Virus record (IMG/VR): IMGVR_UViG_3300038679_000219
Coordinates: 1-40,465 of that record
Strand: one strand, 5' to 3'
DNA: 40,465 nt
Source of the DNA: a virus
Taxonomy: Duplodnaviria; Caudoviricetes
Both the position numbers and the translations under genes were made by a program. Of the stretch, positions 1 to 8,713 are shown one piece after another (position 1 is the first letter of the stretch; every line of letters begins with the position of its first letter). A model generated the notes under the pieces. It was not told where the DNA came from, searched no databases, and saw only the letters and a list, made by a program, of their open reading frames with translations.

Positions 1-119
1 TGGGAATCAAGCGCGCAAAGAAAATGGCGTCCCGCAGCAATCGCAAACGGAAGCAAAATCAGAATAGCGCTGACTCATGAAAATAAGGAGAGTTGGTGAA
101 ATTCTGCTACCCCAGATGA

Positions 120-124
120 CCCCC
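120..124. repeat. Left copy of 5-bp target-site duplication (CCCCC)
   Basis: CCCCC immediately precedes TGT at 125, and an identical copy follows ACA at 40367. A 5-bp TSD is the Mu hallmark. Confidence 0.85.
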
Positions 125-311
125 TGTGAGAAGTAACGTATTATGAGACAAGAATTGACCTGGACTATGCGTGACTAATCGCGCTTTATAGCACAAGTAA
201 GGCTAATGTCTATGCATAGATAGAAATATTTTGTACCGTGCCGACATGTAAAGCGTGCATGCGACAATCTTTTTGGAAAAGCTGTTGATAGAAAAACGTA
301 ACGTGCGACAA
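125..311 (+). repeat. Left end (attL) with putative transposase-binding boxes L1-L3
   Basis: TGAGACAA 144-151, TGCGACAA 260-267 and TGCGACAA 304-311. L1 is set apart from L2/L3, as in Mu. Confidence 0.75.
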
Positions 312-313
312 AA

Positions 314-1063
314 TTATTTTTCCTTTTTCAATGTGTAGGTCCATGTTTGCCCAAATTTATTATCAAAGATTACCTTCTTGAAGCCTGATTTTTCTAAATT
401 ATCGAGCAATTCTCCTTCATTTACCAGTTTGTAAATAAATGGTCTCGAAAAAAGGACATACTTTATCCGCATCGTGGTTTTATCCAGTCCACTCACATAA
501 ACTTCGGCATCCATTCCCTTTTTTAGCAAATTTTCTTCCATCCTTTTTGACAACTCTTCACGCAGCTTGATTGAAACTTTTCTTGCAATAATTTCAGAGG
601 CTTTTTTGATTTCAGCATTTCTTCTATTTACCTCTTTTAATAATTTCTGCGCTTCATTATACTCTTGGGCATTACTATTGATGGCCGCTAAATGTTTTTT
701 GGCGTCATCTATCCGCCCCCACTTTGTTTTCATTATATCTTTATTGGGCTTATAGCCATCTTGAAGAGCAGCGTTTCCCTCCGCTAAATGATCGGCACTT
801 GTCATTTGTGAAAATTTGTCCACAGTTTTTACAGCGGCCGGTTTTAGTGGCGGCGGCGGTGGTGGCGGTGCGTCATCTTTACATTTGAATATTATAACCC
901 ATAACAATATAAGGGCAATTAGGATTGTGATCGATCTTGAAGAACACCCTGGTTTTTTGCTTTCGTGAGGTTGTTCTTTTATGACTGGAGCACCGCAGTG
1001 CGGGCACTTTTCCGCTTCGCTGCTTACTTTTCCACTACATTCCTTGCATTTTATTAGTGCCAT
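314..1063 (-). CDS. Zinc-ribbon, single-TM membrane protein (moron downstream of the repressor)
   Basis: N-terminal CKEC...CPHC, hydrophobic ITILIALILLWVIIF segment and poly-Pro linker; AT-rich. Confidence 0.8.
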   Translation of the reverse strand: MALIKCKECSGKVSSEAEKCPHCGAPVIKEQPHESKKPGCSSRSITILIALILLWVIIFKCKDDAPPPPPPPLKPAAVKTVDKFSQMTSADHLAEGNAALQDGYKPNKDIMKTKWGRIDDAKKHLAAINSNAQEYNEAQKLLKEVNRRNAEIKKASEIIARKVSIKLREELSKRMEENLLKKGMDAEVYVSGLDKTTMRIKYVLFSRPFIYKLVNEGELLDNLEKSGFKKVIFDNKFGQTWTYTLKKEK

Positions 1064-1098
1064 ATCAATCCCTTTGCGGCATTAGATAGAAACCCGTA

Positions 1099-1761
1099 TC
1101 AGATTTCCTGACCTTCTGTACCAGTAGGGGCGGCATGATCCATTCCCAGGGCGATGGGCGCGGAGCCGCCACTGTTCCCTTTTAACTTCCGAATTTCCTC
1201 ATGTAAGTTCCTATTTTCTTTTTCCAATTCATCCATTCGTGACTGCATCTTAGCAATAGAAGCACCCATGACTTTAAGATCGTCCTGGCACTTTTTAACG
1301 ACAGTTTCAGCCTGAACAGCACGGTCGAAGTGTTGGATATTCAAGTATAAAGCCGTTGCGTAAGAGGTGCCGGATTCTAAGACGCGGGCGCACATGGTCA
1401 TGGCGTCGGAGATGCGAAATTCCATACCATGACATTGTAAATCTTCTTGAGTTGAATCAAATTGTACTGAACCTGGAGGAGATTCATTTTTTTCCATATT
1501 GATTCCGTCATCATAAAAATCTGCTGTCTTGTAAAACGGGCGGCCTTTCCCTGTCATCAGCCATTCTTTATTACATTCAAATAATTCGCAAAGTTTTATA
1601 ATAAACGATGCCTTAGGTAGGTTCTTCATCGTTCTGTAATTACTCAACGTGCCCACGTTTACGCCTAATAAAGGCGCGAGCGTTTTATTGGTGTGCTCAT
1701 GGTTTTTACATATACGATTAATCGCCCATCTAACCCGCTTTTTCAATTCTTCATCGCTCAT
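1099..1761 (-). CDS. Prophage repressor, XRE/CI-type HTH with C-terminal coiled coil
   Basis: HTH NKTLAPLLGVNVGTLSNY...EWLMTGKG; divergent from ner at the Mu c position; no S24 peptidase motif seen. Confidence 0.85.
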   Translation of the reverse strand: MSDEELKKRVRWAINRICKNHEHTNKTLAPLLGVNVGTLSNYRTMKNLPKASFIIKLCELFECNKEWLMTGKGRPFYKTADFYDDGINMEKNESPPGSVQFDSTQEDLQCHGMEFRISDAMTMCARVLESGTSYATALYLNIQHFDRAVQAETVVKKCQDDLKVMGASIAKMQSRMDELEKENRNLHEEIRKLKGNSGGSAPIALGMDHAAPTGTEGQEI

Positions 1762-1900
1762 ATAAGCTCCTTTTTCACTTCCTTATTCCTGTCCCAATAA
1801 GGAAGTCGTATTAGGAAATAAGAAAATCGTATGTTTATGTAAATTTATCAATGACATATAAATATTCACCGGAAAATCAATAGGGAAGCGAAAAAACAAC

Positions 1901-1929
1901 TTGACAAAGCGAATAATATCGTTTATGCA
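1901..1929 (+). promoter_or_regulatory. Candidate early promoter
   Basis: TTGACA 1901-1906 with a weak -10 (TATGCA) at 17-bp spacing, in the repressor/ner intergenic region. Confidence 0.4.
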
Positions 1930-1965
1930 GTCTATAAAACAGCCTAACACAGGAGATTCAAAAAA

Positions 1966-2247
1966 ATGAAAATGCAGACCCGCATGGTATCCGACATGAA
2001 ACCGGAAGATATCAAGGCAGAGATCCTGAAAAAAGGTCTGAATCAGGCGGCCATCGCACGAGCCGTTGGCGTCCGCCCGAGTGTCGTTTCCGACTGCATT
2101 CACGGTTGGGTTACGTCCAGACGAGTCCATGAGGCCATAGCCGAGGCAATCAATAAAGATGTCAAAATTATTTGGCCGTCCATTTACCTTTACGGAATCC
2201 CGAGACGAGGAAGACCAAGAATTGAGTGGGCCAGGGGAAGCGCATAA
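1966..2247 (+). CDS. ner: Ner-like HTH transcriptional regulator
   Basis: DIKAEILKKG...AAIARAVG...IAEAINKDVKIIWPSIY matches the Ner/Nlp pattern; first early gene. The start may be further downstream. Confidence 0.85.
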   Translation: MKMQTRMVSDMKPEDIKAEILKKGLNQAAIARAVGVRPSVVSDCIHGWVTSRRVHEAIAEAINKDVKIIWPSIYLYGIPRRGRPRIEWARGSA

Positions 2248-2290
2248 GATCATCAAACATCCATCCCCATATATTGAAGGAGGGGGCCAT

Positions 2291-2668
2291 ATGAAAAAAG
2301 ACCAGATCGCAACCGAGATTATCAACATTAAAAGAGACATTTCCGACATTCAAACCACCTTGAATCAAATTTTGACCCTCATGGACAATAAACCGACCCT
2401 ACCAGAAAAACGACTTACCCCAAACCCGATGGGGAAGTGGAATCATTTCAGCCACAAGCTCATCGGTGGCTTCCGGGACCCTGCTATCAGAGAAATGGTC
2501 ATGACGCTTAGAAAGCAGGGTATGCATTTCAGAGATATCAAAACAGCCATCGAGGCCGCTTACCCGAACAACCCGGAAAAACATATGTCCCATTCGGCAA
2601 TACACCGTTTTTATGAAAGCGCCCGCAAGGGTCGGTTAATGGAGTTCGGTATTGAACGCACAATTTAA
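2291..2668 (+). CDS. Hypothetical protein with C-terminal HTH-like region
   Basis: ATG 2291 after AAGGAGG; HFRDIKTAIE...MSHSAIHRFY is HTH-like. Confidence 0.65.
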   Translation: MKKDQIATEIINIKRDISDIQTTLNQILTLMDNKPTLPEKRLTPNPMGKWNHFSHKLIGGFRDPAIREMVMTLRKQGMHFRDIKTAIEAAYPNNPEKHMSHSAIHRFYESARKGRLMEFGIERTI

Positions 2669-2708
2669 ATTTACGGCTTACTTATAAACGAAAAATCGGG
2701 TGGTTTCA

Positions 2709-3179
2709 ATGGCTAAGTCAAAAAATAGTTTAGACAATCAACTTTCCCTCTTCGATATTCTGAAAAATTACCAGGAACAGCAAAGCGCAAAGAAGCCTGC
2801 CGGAAGCTTCAATATCGATACGACCTTCCGTGAAGCAATCAGCGAGGCGTTGAAGCGCTGCCCTCGTTCTCGCTGGGAAGTGGCCGGGCGGATGTCGGAA
2901 CTGACCGGCACTGACATCTCAAAGTCCATGCTGGACTCATGGACCAGCGAAGCAAAGGAAAATCACCGATTCCCGGCTATTTTTCTTCCTGCCTTCTGTG
3001 AGGCTGTTGGCTGCAGCGAACCGCTGAAGATACTGGGCCGCCTGGTCGGCGTCTTTGTTCTACCCGGACCGGAGGCGCTTAGAGCGGAGATCATGAAGCT
3101 GGAGGAGGAGATCGGCAAGATACAGCAGGAAAAGAGGAAGCGCATGGTTTTCCTGAAAGAAATGGAGGCAGAGCGATGA
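2709..3179 (+). CDS. Phage regulatory (CII-like) protein
   Basis: SRWEVAGRMSELTG...MLDSWTS...HRFPAIFLPAFCEAVG pattern typical of Mu-like early regulators. Confidence 0.65.
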   Translation: MAKSKNSLDNQLSLFDILKNYQEQQSAKKPAGSFNIDTTFREAISEALKRCPRSRWEVAGRMSELTGTDISKSMLDSWTSEAKENHRFPAIFLPAFCEAVGCSEPLKILGRLVGVFVLPGPEALRAEIMKLEEEIGKIQQEKRKRMVFLKEMEAER

Positions 3180-3322
3180 AGCCGGAAATCATAAGAGACA
3201 GAACCCTGGACTGGTTTGAGGCGTTGATGAACAGCCCCTGGTGCGACCGTATGTGCTGGATCGTTATCATCGTGGCCGCCCTGTATTTCGGACCCACAAT
3301 CGTAAAAATACTCGTTGGGTAG
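3176..3322 (+). CDS. Small membrane protein (48 aa; not in the ORF track)
   Basis: ATGA overlap with the upstream stop; translates to MKPEIIRDRTLDWFEALMNSPWCDRMCWIVIIVAALYFGPTIVKILVG; fills the gap before the transposase. Confidence 0.55.
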   Translation: MKPEIIRDRTLDWFEALMNSPWCDRMCWIVIIVAALYFGPTIVKILVG

Positions 3323-3329
3323 GTGAGTT

Positions 3330-5642
3330 ATGGATTTAGGATTCACATCGAAAGAGATAGCGGCGGCTTTGGGAATCACAGAAAGGGCCGCCAATATGAT
3401 GCTGAGTAAAGAAGGCGCCTCATATACCGAAGAAAAAAGCAGTGGCAAGAACGGCACCAGAAAAAGGTGGCTGTTACCTACCCTTTCAACGCGGATACAG
3501 AATGCACTTATAAATAAAGGATATGTATCACAGCAGTGTATCCCGCAAATGATCAATAGCCTCTCCCCTGCCGCCGCTGAAACCGCTTTAGCCCTCCTTG
3601 CTCCGCCTGAACCGGCGCACGACCTTTTTCCGGCCCTCGCAGAGGTCCTCCCCGACACTGCCGGACGGAAAGGAAACGGCGCCGGTTCTTTATCCTTATA
3701 TAATAAAGGAAGGGAAAATACCTGGGCGCCAGATCGCGCCATCTCCCTCGACACTCTTCATGACCCTCGCGTCAAGGAGATCCTCGGGATCCTCCGGGAG
3801 ACGGAAGCCGTCCCGAAAGGTTGGGCGCTCGGAAAGCGCAAATGGATCGAGCATATCGCCGCCAAGAACAAGATCGGCTGGCAGACCATCTACCGGTGGC
3901 AGGCCAAATACGAAAAATGCGGCATCGCCGGGGTCGAGCACCGGAAGTCCACCAGGGACAATCCCAAAGCATGGACGCCGGAAGCCCTGGACTGGTGGAT
4001 CAGCCTTTGCCTGAAGCCCGCCCATCGCAAAATCGACCTCAAGGCCCTGTACGAGGACGTCCTGATCATCGAGGCTCAGCGCCGGACCTGGAGAATCGGC
4101 TGTAAGGAATCTGCCGTCTGGTGGTTCAACAAGCGGGCAACGCCCACGATGCTGGCCTTGCAAAAGGGCGGCATGCGCGCCCTGGACAACATCATGCCTC
4201 CCATCCTCCGGGATTATTCCGACCTGGCTCCCTTTGAAATGTTGGTTGGAGACCAGCATCGCTTTGACTTCTGGGTGGTGGACGACGACAGCGGTCAGGT
4301 TTTTCGCGCTGAGTGCTTTATGTGGCAGGACCTTCGGACCCGCCTGATCTATGGGATGGCTTTCGATCATCATTATGATGCTCACCTCTGCGGCCTGGCC
4401 CTGCGGATTGGTATGCGGGTTTGGGGATGCTTCAACAGCATCTATACCGACAACGGAAAGCCGGAATTGAGCAAATACATGAAGGGAATCATGTCAGAGA
4501 TCCGGGCCCTGGGGATGGAGTGGCAGTTGACCGTCGATGCGCCGATTGACCTGGTGGACATGGAAGCGGAGGAGATCAATCCGATCATCGCGCCAGGCAC
4601 GCATAAAAAAGCCATTGTGAAGAACGCGAAGGCCAAAATGATCGAAGGAACCTTCAGCGTGATCGAGGACATCCTGCGGAGCAGGTTCCGCCTTTCTGGA
4701 AGCGTCAAACGACTGAATGACGACATTCACAACCAGGATATCGATCACGAGGAGGCCATGAAGCTGGCCGTCCAGGGTCGGTTACTCCTGGCTTCCGAGT
4801 TTTACCTGCTCTGCTACCGGGCCATCGACTATTACAACCGGGAAAAGACCCATCGCGGCGTAAAAAAGGAATGGACATGGCAACCACGTCCGGCCGCAGT
4901 CACGCCGATGGACTGCCTGAAATCCTGCTACCAGGACGGCTGGCGTCCGAAGAGCATATCAGACGAAGCGGCTGACCTGATCTTCCTGAAGAAGACCTCA
5001 CGCATCGTTCAGCGGGGCAGAATCAGCATCGACAGCGAAGTCTATGAGCACGATCTGCTGATGGAGCTTCATGGGGAACGGGTGGATATCCGGTTCAATC
5101 CAATAGAGGCGGATATGGTCCTGGTCTTCCATCGCGGTCAATATCTTTGCTCTGCCTCGCCGGTTGAATATTCATCGATGAAGGATGATGACCTTGCACG
5201 CCGGAAGATCGTTGAAAAACGAGCCAGACGAAAGCAGATCGCGGAAAATTTCCGTGCCTTGACCCGCCACATCCCCGACTTCCGGGAATACTCGCAGGTC
5301 CCGGAGACGGAAAAGGTGGCGGCCCGGATCGGCGAGGAGAAGCGCCGCCAGGAACAGGCCAGGATCACCCATGAAAAGCCGCTGTCACCAGAACAATACG
5401 AAGCGGAAGTGGCCAAGTTGGAAGCCATGAATACCCTGCCGCAAAAGACGAGCAAGCCTCTTCCTCCCCGACCGAACCTCTTCCTTAAGGAATGCGAACG
5501 CCATTTGTGGTGCGTGAAATACGAAACGCTTGGCGGCCAGTTGACGGAAGAAGACCGTACCTGGGTGGACGGATACGAAGCAAAGATGTCGGACGCGGAA
5601 CGGGCGCGGTGGAAATTTGAGCGCGAAGACGCTGCCATGTAA
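3330..5642 (+). CDS. Mu-like DDE transposase (MuA-like)
   Basis: DDE motifs GDQHRFD, YTDNGKPE and AKMIEGTF; N-terminal HTH; C-terminal Mu-transposase-like region. Confidence 0.95.
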   Translation: MDLGFTSKEIAAALGITERAANMMLSKEGASYTEEKSSGKNGTRKRWLLPTLSTRIQNALINKGYVSQQCIPQMINSLSPAAAETALALLAPPEPAHDLFPALAEVLPDTAGRKGNGAGSLSLYNKGRENTWAPDRAISLDTLHDPRVKEILGILRETEAVPKGWALGKRKWIEHIAAKNKIGWQTIYRWQAKYEKCGIAGVEHRKSTRDNPKAWTPEALDWWISLCLKPAHRKIDLKALYEDVLIIEAQRRTWRIGCKESAVWWFNKRATPTMLALQKGGMRALDNIMPPILRDYSDLAPFEMLVGDQHRFDFWVVDDDSGQVFRAECFMWQDLRTRLIYGMAFDHHYDAHLCGLALRIGMRVWGCFNSIYTDNGKPELSKYMKGIMSEIRALGMEWQLTVDAPIDLVDMEAEEINPIIAPGTHKKAIVKNAKAKMIEGTFSVIEDILRSRFRLSGSVKRLNDDIHNQDIDHEEAMKLAVQGRLLLASEFYLLCYRAIDYYNREKTHRGVKKEWTWQPRPAAVTPMDCLKSCYQDGWRPKSISDEAADLIFLKKTSRIVQRGRISIDSEVYEHDLLMELHGERVDIRFNPIEADMVLVFHRGQYLCSASPVEYSSMKDDDLARRKIVEKRARRKQIAENFRALTRHIPDFREYSQVPETEKVAARIGEEKRRQEQARITHEKPLSPEQYEAEVAKLEAMNTLPQKTSKPLPPRPNLFLKECERHLWCVKYETLGGQLTEEDRTWVDGYEAKMSDAERARWKFEREDAAM

Positions 5643-5661
5643 AAAACGAGGAGGGCAATCA

Positions 5662-6348
5662 ATGATACAGGAATTTATCGAGACCGCGAACACGAGGAGA
5701 TTCAACGATCTATGCATTGAACTGGCAGACCGTTCCAGCCTGATCGGACCATCACTGGCGATGGTGACCGGCCCGGCAGGACGGGGGAAAACGGAAGCGG
5801 CGAAGCACCATGCGACGCACACCGACGCCGTCTATATCCCGCCCCTGAATACCAGGACCCCGCCGATGGTCCTCCGGGAAATCGCCTTCGAACTGGCGAA
5901 GGTCCGGCCTACCAGGTCGGATACCTGCCTGTCAGTCATCGGCGATGAAATGGCCAAAGACAGGCGGCTGATCATTATTGACGAAGCCGATCTGCTTGCC
6001 ATGAACATCCTGGAAATGCTGCGAAACTTGAACGAACGGTTTTCCTGTCCGATCCTGCTGATCGGCGAGGATGAATTGAAGGGAAAAATCGCTTCCCGGC
6101 GCAGGCTGGCCAGCCGGATCCGCCGAAAGATGGAGTTCTCACAGGTGACACAGCAGGACATCGCTTTCTTTTTCAAGCAATCCCTGAACGTCAAACTTCC
6201 CCAAGAGGTGTCTCTCCTGATCCAGCAGCACGGTCGGGGTGACTGGAGACCGGTCCTGACGGCGGCCATCTCCATCGAGCGCGCTATGAAGGCCAGCAAC
6301 GCAGAGATCACAGAGGAGTTGGTGAAGAATGTCCTCAGAAATTCCTAA
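5662..6348 (+). CDS. MuB-like AAA+ transposition ATPase
   Basis: Walker A GPAGRGKT and Walker B IIIDEAD; follows the transposase; ATG 5662 after GAGGAGG. Confidence 0.92.
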   Translation: MIQEFIETANTRRFNDLCIELADRSSLIGPSLAMVTGPAGRGKTEAAKHHATHTDAVYIPPLNTRTPPMVLREIAFELAKVRPTRSDTCLSVIGDEMAKDRRLIIIDEADLLAMNILEMLRNLNERFSCPILLIGEDELKGKIASRRRLASRIRRKMEFSQVTQQDIAFFFKQSLNVKLPQEVSLLIQQHGRGDWRPVLTAAISIERAMKASNAEITEELVKNVLRNS

Positions 6349-6832
6349 GAGCGGTTTGGCTTCCCGGATGCGGGCATGGATGGAGACGCAACAACGCTCC
6401 TTCACTCCCACGCAGCTATGCGAGGCGCTGGATATTGCGCCCGGAAAAGGACGAGAAAGGGTGAGAAGCAGCCTTGCCGATTTCATCAAGCGCGGGGAGA
6501 TCGCCAAGAAGAACGACAAACGAAAACGGCGACAAAATTATAGTTCCTACGTCTATTCCAAGACGCCGGCGATCGGTTTTGAAGGCGGAAAGGTACAGGA
6601 GAAGATCTTCAAGGCCATGCGCCTGCTCAGTTTCCACAATCCGTTTTCGGTGACCGACATTCAGCGCATGACCGATACAGACCGAAACTATATCGACAAG
6701 TTAACCAGAAGATTAGTGCAGGCTGGGCATCTAAAGCACGAAGGATACCGGTCTCGATCATCCAGTTATGGCCGGGAGTCCGTATATCGGGTTGTCAACA
6801 CTGACCGCTTTCGAGTCGAGGTCATGAAATAA
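6329..6832 (+). CDS. Hypothetical winged-helix DNA-binding protein
   Basis: Two wHTH-like basic segments; overlaps neighbouring genes in the operon. Confidence 0.6.
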   Translation: MSSEIPKSGLASRMRAWMETQQRSFTPTQLCEALDIAPGKGRERVRSSLADFIKRGEIAKKNDKRKRRQNYSSYVYSKTPAIGFEGGKVQEKIFKAMRLLSFHNPFSVTDIQRMTDTDRNYIDKLTRRLVQAGHLKHEGYRSRSSSYGRESVYRVVNTDRFRVEVMK

Positions 6833-7236
6833 TGGATGCGCTCGCTCTACAGAGGCAAGGCCTCCTGGCCAAAATACACATTGCCAAGAAGGATATGGGC
6901 CTGACGGAGGATCAATACGAGGCAATGCTCTCCGGGATGAAGGTCACCAGCGCGAAGGAATTGACCATCCCACAGATGGAAAAGCTGGTCGAGTATCTGA
7001 AGCATTACGGGTGGAGGCCGGTAAAATCGCGGAAACAGAAGCCAGTTGATGCTCAGATTAATGCATTGAAGTTCCGAGTTCAGGAGGCATCCCTAGAAAT
7101 CCACAACGGTCAAGAGCGGCTGCCGGGGCTGATCAAAAAGATCTGCGGTGTTGACAGCCTGATCTGGTGCCGAAGCGTCAACAAACTGGAGCGGCTGCTG
7201 GCCGTGATCGGAAAAATCAAGGAGCAGGAACGATGA
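6832..7236 (+). CDS. gemA: GemA-like (DUF1018, Mu gp16) protein
   Basis: LLAKIHIAKKDMGLTEDQYEAML...SAKELT...GW signature. Confidence 0.85.
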   Translation: MDALALQRQGLLAKIHIAKKDMGLTEDQYEAMLSGMKVTSAKELTIPQMEKLVEYLKHYGWRPVKSRKQKPVDAQINALKFRVQEASLEIHNGQERLPGLIKKICGVDSLIWCRSVNKLERLLAVIGKIKEQER

Positions 7237-7568
7237 TACGAAGGGAGCATCGTCTGAAAGAAGATCATGATTCTTTTGAAGCCCTATGGTTTGGGGCAAA
7301 GAGATTTGAACTGCGATTCAACGACAGAAACTATGAGTGCGGGGATCGCCTGCAACTTCTGGAAACAAAATATTCCGGTGAGCAAATGAGGGAGGGGAAG
7401 CCTCTCAAATATACGCATCGAGTGGTCGAAGCCGCTGTGAGCCATATTTTATACGGCCCGAAGTATGGCCTGAAGGAAGGGTGGGCGATTCTTTCTATCA
7501 TCGCTATTTCAAAATACAAATTGAGATCAAGGAGTTTTAATAAAATGTTAGCAGAGGAGGCAACATGA
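7233..7568 (+). CDS. DUF3850/ASCH-domain protein
   Basis: HRLK...F...GAKRFELRFNDRNYECGDRLQLLE; ATGA overlap start at 7233. Confidence 0.8.
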   Translation: MIRREHRLKEDHDSFEALWFGAKRFELRFNDRNYECGDRLQLLETKYSGEQMREGKPLKYTHRVVEAAVSHILYGPKYGLKEGWAILSIIAISKYKLRSRSFNKMLAEEAT

Positions 7569-8209
7569 ATAATTCAGATCTTGGAATTGACAGGAGGACA
7601 GGTGCTCACCAGGCCGCGCTCACGAGTCTGGAAGCGGAATGTGTTGAAACCATGAAAAAGCGCGGCTGTGGTCGCATCGCGGCGATCTCAGCGGCAGACA
7701 TGGCATTCGCACTATTTGAGGACGGAGGGGAGAGGGGTAAGCGTGATCTCCGTACTCTCATCAATCACCTGATCATGACCCATTCCCTTCCTATCATGTG
7801 TGAGGCGGGTGGTGGTGGAGGATACTACCTTCCCGGTGATGCGAAAGAGGCGGAAAGGTTCAAGGCCGCGTTTCGCCGTCGGTCGATGACAGGCTTGGTG
7901 AAAGCCAGTCGCGGAAGCAAAGCCGCGTTTGTGGACATGATGGCGCAGTACACCCTCGGCTTCGATGATCCGGAAACGGTAACAGTCATAGAGCACATGC
8001 GTTTCCTACCCGAGAATGACGGAACACCTGCATGGGTGCAGCTCGTGACAAAGTTTCTGGACCGGATCTCCCAAGACCCGAAGTTGTATGCGGCCGAGAT
8101 CAGAAGGATCCAGCACACCTATGGAGAAATATTCGTCCCACGAGAAAAAGTAACCATGTTGAAAGAAAAAACGGCGGAATTTCAGAAGTTATTGAGCGAG
8201 ATCGCATAG
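7565..8209 (+). CDS. Hypothetical protein with wHTH-like N-terminus
   Basis: KRDLRTLINHL...GGGGYYLP wing motif; RBS GAGGAGG. Confidence 0.65.
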   Translation: MNNSDLGIDRRTGAHQAALTSLEAECVETMKKRGCGRIAAISAADMAFALFEDGGERGKRDLRTLINHLIMTHSLPIMCEAGGGGGYYLPGDAKEAERFKAAFRRRSMTGLVKASRGSKAAFVDMMAQYTLGFDDPETVTVIEHMRFLPENDGTPAWVQLVTKFLDRISQDPKLYAAEIRRIQHTYGEIFVPREKVTMLKEKTAEFQKLLSEIA

Positions 8210-8217
8210 GAGGGGGG

Positions 8218-8364
8218 ATGGCAGCGAGGTTTTTCAGCCAAAAGAAAGCATACGTATGCACTGATCCAGACCTTCTTGATGAACTTCAGGCGCTATCTGA
8301 AGAAATTTATGCAGCATTTGATGAAGGGTGCGGTGACTGCATTGATGGATTGACAGACAGTTGA
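8218..8364 (+). CDS. Small hypothetical protein (48 aa)
   Basis: ATG 8218 after AGGAGGGGGG; C-terminal CGDC. Confidence 0.5.
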   Translation: MAARFFSQKKAYVCTDPDLLDELQALSEEIYAAFDEGCGDCIDGLTDS

Positions 8365-8431
8365 TCCGGAGGTTCCTCGCCGCCCTTGTCGAGGTGGATC
8401 GGAATCAAATCGCACAACTCAGTAAATGATC

Positions 8432-8691
8432 AAATTATATTGTTGATTCCCTTGATCTGAGATGAAGGAGGAAAATATGTCGTATTCGTTGAACACGCGC
8501 TGCGGAACATGCACAAAAATGGATAAATGCACCGACCGGCATTTCATCGAAGGTGCCATCAATGGAATCCATTCAGTATGGCCTTCCGAAAAGGGCCATC
8601 TCGGAAGCGGATCGGTTGACCTGAACTGTCAGAAACACGAGCAAAAGTCTGAATAGGTAACGAGCGATCAAGGGAATCAACAATATAATTT
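8432..8691. repeat. Perfect 26-bp inverted repeats flanking a small gene
   Basis: AAATTATATTGTTGATTCCCTTGATC (8432-8457) and its exact reverse complement (8666-8691). Confidence 0.95.
8477..8656 (+). CDS. Small Cys/His-rich protein (59 aa) inside the inverted repeats
   Basis: ATG 8477 after AAGGAGG; CGTC...C...C. Confidence 0.7.
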   Translation: MSYSLNTRCGTCTKMDKCTDRHFIEGAINGIHSVWPSEKGHLGSGSVDLNCQKHEQKSE

Positions 8692-8713
8692 CATAAATAA
8701 AGGGAGGTTTATC

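Noticed and set aside
1-72. 3' end of a host or integrase gene in the left flank
   Set aside because: Too little sequence to assign.
1601-2691. ATAAACGA-like repeats as repressor operators
   Set aside because: Short AT-rich 8-mers in AT-rich DNA; cannot be distinguished from chance by eye.
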